Source: Eubacteriales bacterium
Lineage (GTDB): Bacteria > Bacillota > Clostridia > Oscillospirales > CAG-272
Length of the DNA: 64,000 nucleotides
Direction: 5' to 3'
Assembly: GCA_045632405.1 (NCBI GenBank)
Contig: JAZQWO010000013.1
Coordinates: forward strand, 6,085-70,084
The stretch's first letter is position 1; each line of letters begins with the position of its first letter. Under the pieces are notes generated by a model. It was not told the DNA's origin, ran no database searches, and saw only the letters and a program-made list of their open reading frames with translations. The position numbers and the translations under genes are program-made. Of the stretch, positions 27,873-37,608 are shown piece after piece.

Positions 27873-30062
27873 ATGAGAAAGAAAAAAAACAACGTCTTTA
27901 CCATAGTTCTTTTGATAGCTATTGCAATTTTGCTCATAGCTACAATAGTGTCTGTTTTGGACTTTTCTCCTAAGACAGAAAAATTTACTTACGGACAAAT
28001 GGTGGAGGCATTTGAGAAAAATCAGGTTTACGGTTATATTAACGACCCAAATGAGTTTTCCGTTATCATTTTTTTAAGACAAGAGGATTGGGCGAACTAT
28101 TGGGATGATGACAGTAAAAATGATAAGGAGCTATACGAAAACATCAAGGTAGTAAATCTTTCCAGCAGTGACTATTATGATTTCTTCGGCTCTCCTTACA
28201 ATGGAAATTACAAATTAAAGGAAATTGAAAATGATATCAAGAGCCAGCTTGATGTAAACGGAAATTCCATAGCTCCAAATTGGGGAAATAATCACGAGGC
28301 GGTTGAGGTTAAGGAAACCCCTTGGTATATTGCAAATCTTCCATTAATTATATTAGTTGTTCTCTTTGTTGTATTTTTGTTCATTTCCTTCCGTCAGGCA
28401 AACGGCGGCAAGATGAGCGGCTTTGGCAAGTCCAAGGCAAGAACAGCGGACCAGGCAAGAGAAAGAGTTACCTTTGCTGACGTTGCAGGAGCAGACGAGG
28501 AAAAGGCGGAGCTTGAAGAGGTGGTTGAGTACCTTAAAAACCCATCAAAATTTACAGGCTTAGGTGCGAAAATTCCACACGGTGTTCTCCTTGTAGGCCC
28601 TCCAGGCACAGGTAAAACCTTGCTCGCCAAGGCGGTTGCAGGCGAAGCGGGTGTGCCCTTCTTCTCAATGTCAGGCTCAGACTTTGTTGAAATGTATGTT
28701 GGTGTGGGTGCGTCCCGCGTAAGAGATTTGTTCGATAACGCGAGAAAATCCCGCGCAGCTATTATATTTATTGATGAAATTGATGCGGTTGGTCGTCAAA
28801 GAGGCGCAGGCTTAGGCGGCGGACACGACGAGAGAGAGCAGACACTTAACCAGCTTCTTGTTGAAATGGACGGCTTTGACGGTCACTCAGGTATTATCGT
28901 TATGGCGGCAACAAACCGCCCTGATATTCTTGACTCCGCGCTTTTAAGACCGGGTAGATTTGACAGACAAATCACCATCGGCTTGCCAGACATCAAGGGT
29001 AGAGAGGAAATTTTGAAGGTTCACGCAAAGGGCAAGCCCTTTGAGGAAAGCGTTGACATGCGCAAGGTTGCACAAACAACCGTTGGATTTACAGGTGCGG
29101 ATCTTGCTAACCTTTTGAACGAGGCGGCACTTTTGGCTGCTCGTCGCTCCAAGAGTCTTATCGGTATGGATGAGATTGAGGACGCTTGGGTAAAGGTTTG
29201 CGTAGGTACACAAAAGAAGAACAGAATGACCGAAAAGGAAAAGCGCAACACAGCTATTCACGAGGCAGGTCACGCCATAGCAGCACATATTCTTCCTACA
29301 CAGGATGGCGTTCGCCAAATTTCCATTATTCCAAGCGGCAGAGCTCTCGGTTATACCTTGACTCCACCAAGCGAGGACAAGTACAGTGAGTCTAAGCAGG
29401 AAATGAAGGAAAGAATTGCTATGATGCTTGCAGGCAGAGTGGCAGAGCAGCTTGTGTTTGGTGACTATACAGGCGGCGCTTCAAACGATATTCAAAGAGC
29501 AACTGAGGTTGCACGCAAGATGGTTACCGTTTACGGTATGAGTGATGAGCTTGGTACAATCCGCTACGGCTCACAGCACAGCGAGGTGTTCCTCGGCAGA
29601 GATTTCGGTTCAAGTCCTGACTACTCAAATGAAACCGCGGCAAAGATTGACGCGGAAATTAAGAAAATTGTTGACGAGGCTTATGCGCTTGCGACTGAAA
29701 TTCTTACTAAATACAGAAATAAGCTTGACTTTGTGGCTGACTTTTTGGTTAAGCACGAGGTTATGGACGAGGAGCAGTTTGCTGCGGCCATGGCTGAGGG
29801 CGCTACTATGGAAGAGGTTGAGGAGCTTATGACTGAAAAGAAGCGCAGAAGCGAGGAAGAAAACAGACGTAAGCTTGAAAAGGCGGAGGCTCAGAAAATG
29901 GCTGAGGCACAGGCTCAAATGGAAGCGCGCAAGCGCATGGAAGCAGAGCTTGGCTTGAGCGATGATGACGAAGAGGATGAGGGCGAAAATTCTCCTGTAT
30001 CTGACGAAGAGCCAAAGACTGACGACGCTGAATCTGATGAGAAAAACGAGACTGAAGAATAA
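27873..30062 (+). CDS. ftsH: ATP-dependent zinc metalloprotease FtsH
   Basis: Two TM helices, AAA+ Walker A GPPGTGKT, second region of homology, HEAGHA zinc motif. About 100-aa charged C-terminal tail. Confidence 0.95.
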   Translation: MRKKKNNVFTIVLLIAIAILLIATIVSVLDFSPKTEKFTYGQMVEAFEKNQVYGYINDPNEFSVIIFLRQEDWANYWDDDSKNDKELYENIKVVNLSSSDYYDFFGSPYNGNYKLKEIENDIKSQLDVNGNSIAPNWGNNHEAVEVKETPWYIANLPLIILVVLFVVFLFISFRQANGGKMSGFGKSKARTADQARERVTFADVAGADEEKAELEEVVEYLKNPSKFTGLGAKIPHGVLLVGPPGTGKTLLAKAVAGEAGVPFFSMSGSDFVEMYVGVGASRVRDLFDNARKSRAAIIFIDEIDAVGRQRGAGLGGGHDEREQTLNQLLVEMDGFDGHSGIIVMAATNRPDILDSALLRPGRFDRQITIGLPDIKGREEILKVHAKGKPFEESVDMRKVAQTTVGFTGADLANLLNEAALLAARRSKSLIGMDEIEDAWVKVCVGTQKKNRMTEKEKRNTAIHEAGHAIAAHILPTQDGVRQISIIPSGRALGYTLTPPSEDKYSESKQEMKERIAMMLAGRVAEQLVFGDYTGGASNDIQRATEVARKMVTVYGMSDELGTIRYGSQHSEVFLGRDFGSSPDYSNETAAKIDAEIKKIVDEAYALATEILTKYRNKLDFVADFLVKHEVMDEEQFAAAMAEGATMEEVEELMTEKKRRSEEENRRKLEKAEAQKMAEAQAQMEARKRMEAELGLSDDDEEDEGENSPVSDEEPKTDDAESDEKNETEE

Positions 30063-30065
30063 TTT

Positions 30066-30097
30066 AGGAGAGCAGGCAAGCAAGCCTGCTCTCTTTG
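30066..30097 (+). terminator. intrinsic terminator
   Basis: Stem agagcaggc/gcctgctct followed by ctttgttt. Confidence 0.7.
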
Positions 30098-30173
30098 TTT
30101 CACTTTTGAATTGTCAAATTGCACAAAAAACCGCTTTTAAATTGTGCAAATAACCGAAAAGTCAACAAAAGGC

Positions 30174-30202
30174 TTGACAGTTCGGTGTTAATATTATATA
30201 AT
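30174..30202 (+). promoter_or_regulatory. consensus sigma-A promoter of the first Cys-rich lipoprotein gene
   Basis: TTGACA, 17 nt spacer, TATAAT. Confidence 0.7.
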
Positions 30203-30234
30203 TAGACTGTAAAAAAAGTTTCTAGGAGGAGACT

Positions 30235-32166
30235 ATGAAAAAGAAGATTTTAATTGCCTTGTTTGTCATCGCTGCTCTTGCTTGCATGCTTGTTTCATGC
30301 GGTGAGTGTGAGCATACATACGATGAGGGACAGGTAACAGTTGCTGCTACTTGTGTAACAGAGGGCTCAAAGCTCGTTAAGTGCACACAGTGTGGCGAAA
30401 CAAAGACAGAAACAATTGCTAAGAACAACGCGCACACACTTACACAAGAGGTTATTGCTCCTACCTGTAAGGATACAGGTAAGACCATAAACAAGTGTAC
30501 AGCTGCAGGTTGTACTTATTCTTTTGAGTCAGATCAAACTGCTAAACTTACCGCTTGCCCTGCGGGCGACAATATCGTTGAGGTTGTTGTTACTCCTGCT
30601 ACATGTACAGAAGCAGGTACACGCAAGAAGATGTGTAACATTTGCGGCAAGGATTACTATGAGTGGGGCTTTGATCTCACAATCCCTGCAACAGGTCACA
30701 CATATGAGGATGACAGCAAATTCAAGACAGATGAAGAAAAGGGTATTTCCTTTGTAGCTGGTAACTGCGATACAGAGGGCTACATTTCACGTGTTTGCCA
30801 GACCTGTGGTAATGAAGATCACATTTCTAAGGACGATTATGCCAAGGATCCTAACCACGATGCTGCAAAGCTCGATGCTATGGAAATGTGGGGACACAAC
30901 TTTGATACATTTGTAGAGGCAGTTGCTCCTAACTGTACAGATGACGGTTATGACTTGTATAGCTGCTCTAACCCAGGCTGTGAGGACACAAATCCTGTTG
31001 TTACCTTTTTTGCTCTTGGTCATACATATGTAAAGAACGAAACAGCTGAGCTTGGTGTTCATTATGAAATCACACTTGCTCCTACCTGCTTGCAGGAGGG
31101 CTTGAAGTCTTATATCTGTACTGTTTGTCAGGTTGCTGCAACAGATGACAAGAATACTGAGGCTATTCCTACAATCGCTCATAACATCGTTGATACAGAC
31201 GATAATTACCTCGTTCTTGCTATGGATGCTACTTGTACAGAAGCAGAGTACAAGGTTTACAGATGCTGTGTTGATTCACTTTGTGAGGAAACAAAAACCT
31301 TTACATACGGTGAAGCACTTGACCACGACTGGGCTATCAGTGGTGAGGTTAACTGCTCAACAGGTGGCTTGACACCTTGGAAGTGTAACCGTTGCGAAAT
31401 CGAAGAGCTTCGTGAGGACGAAAACTCTGACCTTTCCATCAGACATACATACGGTTCAACCGTTAGCGCTCCAACTTGTGTAGACAGAGCTGTTTATAAC
31501 TGTTCTGTTTGCGCTAAGGATTACACATCATACGAGGATGATGCAGCAGGTGCTCCACACGGCAACCATGTATATGATGTATTTGTAGAAACTATTGCTC
31601 CTATCTGCTCCGCAGAGGGTTACACAATATACAGCTGCTCCGCAGGTAACTGTGGCACAACTGAAAACAGAGAATATACAGAGAGAACAGTTCACGAGTT
31701 CAATCCTGTAACTGAGGATGGCAGAATTGTATGCGTAATTTGCGCAGCTCAGTATAGAGATGTTTCCACAGAAATCACAACAGGTAGCGGCGACCTTTGC
31801 TTGGGCGGTTGCACAGATACATGTACATGCGGCTTGAAGGTTGAATGGAACGGCTACGTTTCACCAAAGGAACCTGAACAGCTTACAGCAGGTACTGAGT
31901 TTGTTAAGACAGAGGTTGTATGGACCGAGGTTGGCGACATCACAACTCCTCTTGCACTTGGCGAGGGTATGATTGTTCTTAACGGTACAGCTGACACAAC
32001 ATATACAATTAAGGTATATGATAAGGTTAACGGCACATTGCTCGCTACTATCGAAAGAAGCGGCGAGGTTGCATTCGCAGACCTTTACAAGTATGCTGAG
32101 GTAGGTCAGATTGCTATTACAGCTTCAACTGATGCAACAGTATATTTCTACGCTATCGTAAAGTAA
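30235..32166 (+). CDS. Cys-rich modular surface lipoprotein, paralogue A
   Basis: AGGAGG RBS; lipobox MLVSC. About 10-11 modules of H-x(8-12)-C-x(9)-C-x(2-4)-C. About 150-aa C-terminal domain shared with paralogue B. Confidence 0.8.
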   Translation: MKKKILIALFVIAALACMLVSCGECEHTYDEGQVTVAATCVTEGSKLVKCTQCGETKTETIAKNNAHTLTQEVIAPTCKDTGKTINKCTAAGCTYSFESDQTAKLTACPAGDNIVEVVVTPATCTEAGTRKKMCNICGKDYYEWGFDLTIPATGHTYEDDSKFKTDEEKGISFVAGNCDTEGYISRVCQTCGNEDHISKDDYAKDPNHDAAKLDAMEMWGHNFDTFVEAVAPNCTDDGYDLYSCSNPGCEDTNPVVTFFALGHTYVKNETAELGVHYEITLAPTCLQEGLKSYICTVCQVAATDDKNTEAIPTIAHNIVDTDDNYLVLAMDATCTEAEYKVYRCCVDSLCEETKTFTYGEALDHDWAISGEVNCSTGGLTPWKCNRCEIEELREDENSDLSIRHTYGSTVSAPTCVDRAVYNCSVCAKDYTSYEDDAAGAPHGNHVYDVFVETIAPICSAEGYTIYSCSAGNCGTTENREYTERTVHEFNPVTEDGRIVCVICAAQYRDVSTEITTGSGDLCLGGCTDTCTCGLKVEWNGYVSPKEPEQLTAGTEFVKTEVVWTEVGDITTPLALGEGMIVLNGTADTTYTIKVYDKVNGTLLATIERSGEVAFADLYKYAEVGQIAITASTDATVYFYAIVK

Positions 32167-32177
32167 TTTGAAATTTA

Positions 32178-32211
32178 AGCAGGCGCTGTCAAAAGATAGC
32201 GCCTGCTTTTT
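32178..32211 (+). terminator. intrinsic terminator
   Basis: Stem gcaggcgct/agcgcctgc followed by ttttt. Confidence 0.8.
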
Positions 32212-32271
32212 CGTTTTTTGCTCGATTTTTTGTGCAGTATGTACAAAAATAATTTATATTATATAAATCTA

Positions 32272-32300
32272 TTGATATTTTTTATAAAAAATGATAGAAT
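32272..32300 (+). promoter_or_regulatory. sigma-A-type promoter of paralogue B
   Basis: TTGATA, 17 nt spacer, TAGAAT. Confidence 0.6.
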
Positions 32301-32350
32301 TAAACTACAAAAAAGGGTAGCGAAGCTACATGAATAACACGAGGTGAAAT

Positions 32351-34240
32351 ATGAAGAAAAGAATTACTTTGATTTTGTCAGTTCTTTGCTTACTTGCGCT
32401 TGTTGTAGCGCTTGCGTCCTGCGGACACGAGCATGCTTTCAAGGCGGAATGGGCATCAGATGCGACAAACCACTGGCACGTATGTGAGGTGGAAGGTGAT
32501 GAGTGTGCTGAGGTTTCAGGCAAGGCTGCTCATACATTTGCAGAAAAGTCTAAGGTTGAGCCTACCTGTACAGCAGTAGGCGAATTGACAGAGGCTTGCT
32601 CTGTTTGCGGATTTGAAAAAAAATCTGAGATACCAATGGTAGCTCACGACTATGCAGATGCAACCTGTACAGCTCCTAAGACCTGTAAGAATTGCCCTGC
32701 AACTGATGGCGAGGCTCTTGGTCACGATGAGCAGTATGATGTTGTTCCTCCAACTTGTACAGAAGCAGGTATTACAAACATTACTTGCTCAAGATGTGAC
32801 TATACATCCACAAAGGACCCTGTTGATGCTCTCGGTCACGACGAGCAATATGATGTTGTTCCCCCAACCTGTACAGAAGCGGGCATCACAAATGTTTCTT
32901 GCTCAAGATGTGATTATACAGCAACAAAAGACCCAACAGACGCTCTCGGTCACGACGAGCAATATAATGTTGTTCCCCCAACCTGTACAGAAGCAGGTAT
33001 AACAAACGTTTCTTGCTCAAGATGCGATTATACAGCAACAAAAGACCCAACAGACGCTCTCGGACATATAGGCGGAAAAGCTACTTGTATAGCACTTGCG
33101 GTTTGTACAAGATGTGAGCAGACATACGGTGAGCTTGCTGATCACGTATATAATACAGAAAATGCAGTTGAGGGTGTTGATTATGAAATCACAACAGCTC
33201 CGACCTGCGTAACAAAGGGTGTTAAGACATATAAGTGTACAGTATGTGCAGCATTGGCAACAAACACAGACTACATTGTAGCAGTTGACGAGATTGCTCA
33301 CAATTATGATGTTAAGGGCGAGACAACAGCTCCAACATGTATCACAAAGGGTTACACAACATACTCTTGCTCAGCAGGTGCTTGTGGCACAACTGAAAAT
33401 AGAGATGAGGTTGCTGAAATTACTCATAAGTACGATGTAAAGGGCGAAGTAACAGCTCCTACATGTATCACAAAGGGTTACACAACATACTCCTGCTCAG
33501 CAGGTGCTTGTGGCACAACTGAAAATAGAGATGAGGTTGATGAAATTGCTCATAAGTACGATGTAAAGGGCGAGGCAACAGCTCCTACATGTATTACAAA
33601 GGGTTACACAACATACTCTTGCTCAGCGGGTGCTTGCGGTACAACTGAAAATAGAGATGAGGTTGCTGAAATCGACCACAGCTACACTGTAGCAGGCAAG
33701 GTTGTTGATCCTACCTGTTCCGCAGAGGGCTATACAGTTTATGGCTGCTCCGCAGGTGAGTGTGGCTTGACTGAAAACGGCGATTATACTGCAAGAATAG
33801 CACATACATTCTATGATGTTAACGAATTTGATATTATCAGATGTGCAGTATGCGAGCAAACATACAGAAACGTAACTACAATCGTTACAACAGGCAACGG
33901 TAACCTTTGCTTGGGTTGCGGTGAGGAACAGTGCGTATGTAATGTAAACGTTGAGTGGAACGGTTACATCAAGCCATCTGCTCCTGAACAGCTTGCAGCA
34001 GGCGTAGCATTTACAAAGAATGATGTTCCTGAAAAGGAAGCAGCTCTTGAAATTGGTGGCGGCTTGATTAAGCTCGTTTCCGAGAGCGAGGCTAACTACA
34101 CAATCGTTATTGGTGACAATACAATTACAGTTAGCGGTACAGAGGTTTATGTTGACCTTTATAAGTACGAGAGCGTAAAGAGCGTTACTATTACATCCGA
34201 TGCTGATGCACAGGTTGTTTTCTACGAAATTTTGAAATAA
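32351..34240 (+). CDS. Cys-rich modular surface lipoprotein, paralogue B
   Basis: GAGGTG RBS; lipobox ALASC. Same module and the same C-terminal domain (VEWNGY..P..PEQL.AG...DLYKY...FY.I.K*) as paralogue A. Confidence 0.8.
   Translation: MKKRITLILSVLCLLALVVALASCGHEHAFKAEWASDATNHWHVCEVEGDECAEVSGKAAHTFAEKSKVEPTCTAVGELTEACSVCGFEKKSEIPMVAHDYADATCTAPKTCKNCPATDGEALGHDEQYDVVPPTCTEAGITNITCSRCDYTSTKDPVDALGHDEQYDVVPPTCTEAGITNVSCSRCDYTATKDPTDALGHDEQYNVVPPTCTEAGITNVSCSRCDYTATKDPTDALGHIGGKATCIALAVCTRCEQTYGELADHVYNTENAVEGVDYEITTAPTCVTKGVKTYKCTVCAALATNTDYIVAVDEIAHNYDVKGETTAPTCITKGYTTYSCSAGACGTTENRDEVAEITHKYDVKGEVTAPTCITKGYTTYSCSAGACGTTENRDEVDEIAHKYDVKGEATAPTCITKGYTTYSCSAGACGTTENRDEVAEIDHSYTVAGKVVDPTCSAEGYTVYGCSAGECGLTENGDYTARIAHTFYDVNEFDIIRCAVCEQTYRNVTTIVTTGNGNLCLGCGEEQCVCNVNVEWNGYIKPSAPEQLAAGVAFTKNDVPEKEAALEIGGGLIKLVSESEANYTIVIGDNTITVSGTEVYVDLYKYESVKSVTITSDADAQVVFYEILK
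32714..33055 (+). repeat. in-frame tandem repeat, 3 x 114 bp (38-aa module ALGHDEQYDVVPPTCTEAGITN.(T/S)CSRCDYT.TKDP.D)
   Basis: Units begin at 32714, 32828 and 32942. A diverged fourth unit starts at 33056. Confidence 0.95.
33290..33667 (+). repeat. in-frame tandem repeat, 3 x 126 bp (42-aa module EI.H.YDVKGE.TAPTCITKGYTTYSCSAGACGTTENRDEV.)
   Basis: Units begin at 33290, 33416 and 33542. A diverged fourth unit spans 33668-33793. Confidence 0.95.
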
Positions 34241-34250
34241 TTATTCATAT

Positions 34251-34279
34251 GCGGGGGCTCTTTTGAGCCCCCATTTTTC
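34251..34279 (+). terminator. intrinsic terminator
   Basis: Stem gggggctc/gagccccc followed by attttt. Confidence 0.8.
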
Positions 34280-34312
34280 AAATATACTGCAAGGAAAATT
34301 GAGCCAAATTAC

Positions 34313-34341
34313 TTGACAACTAATTTTAAAAGGACTATAAT
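34313..34341 (+). promoter_or_regulatory. consensus sigma-A promoter of the aromatic amino-acid operon
   Basis: TTGACA (34313-18), 17 nt spacer, TATAAT (34336-41). Confidence 0.7.
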
Positions 34342-34355
34342 TATTAGTATAATTA

Positions 34356-34391
34356 TTCACAGAAATGTGAAAATATTGATAAATTTATCAA
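34356..34391 (+). promoter_or_regulatory. two palindromes between the -10 box and the RBS (candidate operators)
   Basis: TTCACAGAAATGTGAA (34356-71) and the perfect 16-mer TTGATAAATTTATCAA (34376-91). Confidence 0.45.
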
Positions 34392-34403
34392 CAAGGAGTA
34401 ACT

Positions 34404-35489
34404 ATGAGCGAGCTTGAAAATGCAAGGAAAATCATAAATGAGGTTGACAAGCAGATGGCAGAGCTATTTGAAAAGCGCATGTATGCCAGTGAGCTTGTAG
34501 CTAAATATAAGAGGGAGCACGGCTTGTCCATTCTTGACGAAGCAAGAGAAAAGGAAGTCGTGGCTAAAAACAGCTCCTTGGTGGAAAATGCGATTTATCA
34601 AGAATATTATGCAGAGTTCATAAAAGAGGTTATGCGCATTTCCCGTTCATATCAGTCACGACTCAATGAGGGTATGCGCGTTGCTTATAGCGGTGTTATG
34701 GGCGCTTATGCATACATAGCCGCAAAGAAAATGTACCCCTCTGCTACTCTTGTTCCATACGGTGACTTTGAGGAAGCATATAAGTCGGTGGAAAATGGCG
34801 AGTGCGATGTGTGCGTGCTTCCGATTGAAAATAGCTATGCGGGTGACGTTTCCACAGTTATGGATTTGATGTTTTCCGGCACTCTTTATGTAAATCAATT
34901 GTTGAATTTGCCAATTACCCATTGTTTAATGGTAAATGAGGGCGTGGAGCTCGCGGACATAAAAACGGTTATCAGCCATCCCCAAGCCCTTGCACAGTGT
35001 GCAGGCTATATTAAGGAAATGGGCTTTGAAACAAGAGCATATGAAAATACGGCTCTGAGCGCAGAGTACGTTAAGAAAAACAAGCTGACAGACACAGCCG
35101 CTATTGCCTCCTTTGAAACCGCGGAGATTTTCGGCTTGAATGTAATAGCAAGCGGTATAAACGCAAGCAGAACAAATACAACCCGCTTTGCCGCATTTTC
35201 CCGTGCGCGCAACGCCATAGATGCAAAAGCAACCGACCAAAGCTTTATTTTGATGTTTACGGTGAAAAATGAGGCGGGAGCGCTTGCAAAAACCATAGAT
35301 ATCATCGGTGCGTACGGATTTAATATGAGAAATTTACACTCACGTCCTATGAAGGAGCTTTTGTGGAGCTATTATTTCTATGTGGAAGCAGAGGGCGACA
35401 TTAACAACCAAAACGGACAGGATATGCTTCGTGCATTGGGCGCTACCTGCGATAAGCTGAAGCTGGTAGGCACATACAAGCAGCAATAA
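34404..35489 (+). CDS. pheA: bifunctional chorismate mutase / prephenate dehydratase
   Basis: N-terminal CM_2 helix bundle (IDKQM..LF.KR), PDT domain, C-terminal ACT domain (FILMFTVKNEAGALAK). Confidence 0.9.
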   Translation: MSELENARKIINEVDKQMAELFEKRMYASELVAKYKREHGLSILDEAREKEVVAKNSSLVENAIYQEYYAEFIKEVMRISRSYQSRLNEGMRVAYSGVMGAYAYIAAKKMYPSATLVPYGDFEEAYKSVENGECDVCVLPIENSYAGDVSTVMDLMFSGTLYVNQLLNLPITHCLMVNEGVELADIKTVISHPQALAQCAGYIKEMGFETRAYENTALSAEYVKKNKLTDTAAIASFETAEIFGLNVIASGINASRTNTTRFAAFSRARNAIDAKATDQSFILMFTVKNEAGALAKTIDIIGAYGFNMRNLHSRPMKELLWSYYFYVEAEGDINNQNGQDMLRALGATCDKLKLVGTYKQQ

Positions 35490-35494
35490 GAGGA

Positions 35495-36511
35495 ATGAAA
35501 ATGATACTACCTGTAAATTTAGATAAGCAAAGCTATGATATTGTAATAGAAAGAGGCGCTATTGACACAATCGGTGCATATCTCAATTTGTACCGCAAGG
35601 TGCTGATTTTGACCGATAGCGGAGTGCCGAGTGAATATTCAAGCAAGGTGCAATCAGCCTCCAAAGAGGGATATATCTATACTGTGCCGCAGGGCGAGGG
35701 AAGCAAGTCCTTTGAAAGCTATAAGAGCATCCTTTCCTTTATGGTGGAAAAATCGTTTACACGCAGTGACTGTGTGGTTGCTGTGGGCGGTGGCGTTTGC
35801 GGAGATTTGGCAGGCTTTGTAGCCGCAACCTATATGCGCGGCATAGATTTTTACAATGTACCCACAACGCTTCTTTCTCAAGTGGACTCCTCAATTGGTG
35901 GAAAAACCGCCATTGACCTTGGTGGAGTGAAAAATATAGTGGGCGCGTTTTATCAGCCAAAAATGGTAATTATAGACTCAAATACACTAAAAACACTTGA
36001 CACAAGACAAGTAAACGCAGGACTTTGCGAGGCTATAAAAATGGCGTTGACCTGTGACAAGGAGCTTTTTGAGCTCATTGAAAAAAGCGAAAAGCTTGAC
36101 TGTGACATTGACGAAATTATAGAGAAATCTCTAAAAATCAAGAGGGACGTGGTTGAAAAGGACCCGAGCGAGCAAGGCTTGCGCCGTATTTTGAACCTCG
36201 GCCACACCATCGGTCACGCAGTAGAAAGCCTTGAAGGCTTGGGCGGACTTTTGCACGGCGAGTGCGTTTCTGTCGGTATGATACCTATGTGCCATAATTC
36301 AATCAAGGAAAGAGTCAAGGCAGCCTTGGAAAAATACTCACTGCCAACAACCCACAATTATTCGTGTGAACAGCTGCTTTCGTATATCATAAAGGATAAA
36401 AAGGCGCAAGGGGATGAAATTAACATTGTGCTCGTTAATGAAATCGGCTCATTCCAAATAAAGAAAATAAAAATCAGCGAGCTGAAAAGCTATATAAACG
36501 GAGATATTTAA
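35495..36511 (+). CDS. aroB: 3-dehydroquinate synthase
   Basis: VAVGGGVCGDLAGFVAATYMRGIDFYNVPTTLLSQVDSSIGGKTAIDL. Confidence 0.9.
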   Translation: MKMILPVNLDKQSYDIVIERGAIDTIGAYLNLYRKVLILTDSGVPSEYSSKVQSASKEGYIYTVPQGEGSKSFESYKSILSFMVEKSFTRSDCVVAVGGGVCGDLAGFVAATYMRGIDFYNVPTTLLSQVDSSIGGKTAIDLGGVKNIVGAFYQPKMVIIDSNTLKTLDTRQVNAGLCEAIKMALTCDKELFELIEKSEKLDCDIDEIIEKSLKIKRDVVEKDPSEQGLRRILNLGHTIGHAVESLEGLGGLLHGECVSVGMIPMCHNSIKERVKAALEKYSLPTTHNYSCEQLLSYIIKDKKAQGDEINIVLVNEIGSFQIKKIKISELKSYINGDI

Positions 36512-36513
36512 AA

Positions 36514-37608
36514 ATGAAAAATACGTTTGGAAACAGCGTTTCTGTCACATTGTTTGGCGAGAGCCACGGTGCGGCAGTTGGCGCGGTTATAGATGGCTTA
36601 GCCCCCGGTATTGATGTTGATACAGAGTTTATCAGTGCCCAGCTAAGCAGAAGACGCCCAAGTGGAAAAACAGACACTCCCCGCCGTGAAAATGATAATT
36701 TTCAAATTTTAAGCGGAGTTTTTAACGGCAAAACAACAGGTACACCAATAACAATTGTAATTCCTAACGAAAACACAAAAAGCGGTGACTACAATTACGG
36801 TGTTGCCCGTCCCTCACACGCGGACTATACGGCTTATATGAAATATCACGGCTATGAGGACTATCGCGGTGGCGGTCATTTTTCAGGCAGAATAACTGCC
36901 GCACTTGTTGCCGCAGGCGCGATTGCCATTTCTGCCCTTAAAAAGCACGGCATTTATATCGGCACACATATTTATGCGTGCGGAGGTGTCTCTGACACAA
37001 GATTTGAACAGGTATCAAGTCTTGAAGATGCTATTTTATCCTTGCAGGACAAGGAATTCCCTGTAATTTCCGATTCCGCTGAGGATGAGATTTGCGCAAA
37101 GATTTTAAATGCTTCTAAAAATCGTGATAGCATAGGCGGAATTGTTGAAACCGCAATAACAGGCGTACCAGCAGGCGTTGGTGAGCCTTGGTTTGACTCT
37201 TTCGAGGGTATGCTTTCCCACGCGCTTTTCTCCATTGGCGGTATCAAGGGCGTGAATTTTGGCGCAGGTATGGCTATAACAGGACTTATGGGAAGCGTGG
37301 CAAATGATGAATTCAGGTACGAAAACGGAAAAGCTGTAACCACAACAAATAATAGCGGCGGTATAAACGGCGGTATTACAAACGGCATGCCAATAATTTT
37401 TAACTGTGCGGTTAAGCCAACTCCGTCAATTGCCAAGGAGCAGGAAACAATTAATTTTATTACAAAGGAAAATACAACTATTGAAATAAAGGGCAGACAC
37501 GACCCTGCGATTATCAGACGCATTTGTCCTGTCATTGACAGTATGTGCGCGCTTGTAATCTGCGATCTACTTGCCCAAAGATTTGGAACGGACTATTTAA
37601 AAAAATGA
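36514..37608 (+). CDS. aroC: chorismate synthase
   Basis: FGESHGAAVGAVIDG...RPSHADYTA...GGGHFSGR signatures. Confidence 0.95.
   Translation: MKNTFGNSVSVTLFGESHGAAVGAVIDGLAPGIDVDTEFISAQLSRRRPSGKTDTPRRENDNFQILSGVFNGKTTGTPITIVIPNENTKSGDYNYGVARPSHADYTAYMKYHGYEDYRGGGHFSGRITAALVAAGAIAISALKKHGIYIGTHIYACGGVSDTRFEQVSSLEDAILSLQDKEFPVISDSAEDEICAKILNASKNRDSIGGIVETAITGVPAGVGEPWFDSFEGMLSHALFSIGGIKGVNFGAGMAITGLMGSVANDEFRYENGKAVTTTNNSGGINGGITNGMPIIFNCAVKPTPSIAKEQETINFITKENTTIEIKGRHDPAIIRRICPVIDSMCALVICDLLAQRFGTDYLKK

Noticed and set aside
13911-32250. Recurring TTGTGCAAA/TTTGCACAA-like words in several intergenic regions (about 13975, 25695, 25830, 26043, 30118-30150, 32230) as a shared regulator site
   Set aside because: The words are short and AT-rich, their positions relative to promoters are inconsistent, and there is no fixed partner half-site. 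This would need a genome-wide statistical test before being claimed.
34241-34403. T-box or other riboswitch ahead of the aro operon (and ahead of proS at 57132-57202)
   Set aside because: The leaders are only about 60-70 nt after the predicted -10 box. That is far too short for a T-box, there is no specifier or antiterminator structure, and no T-box consensus sequence is visible.
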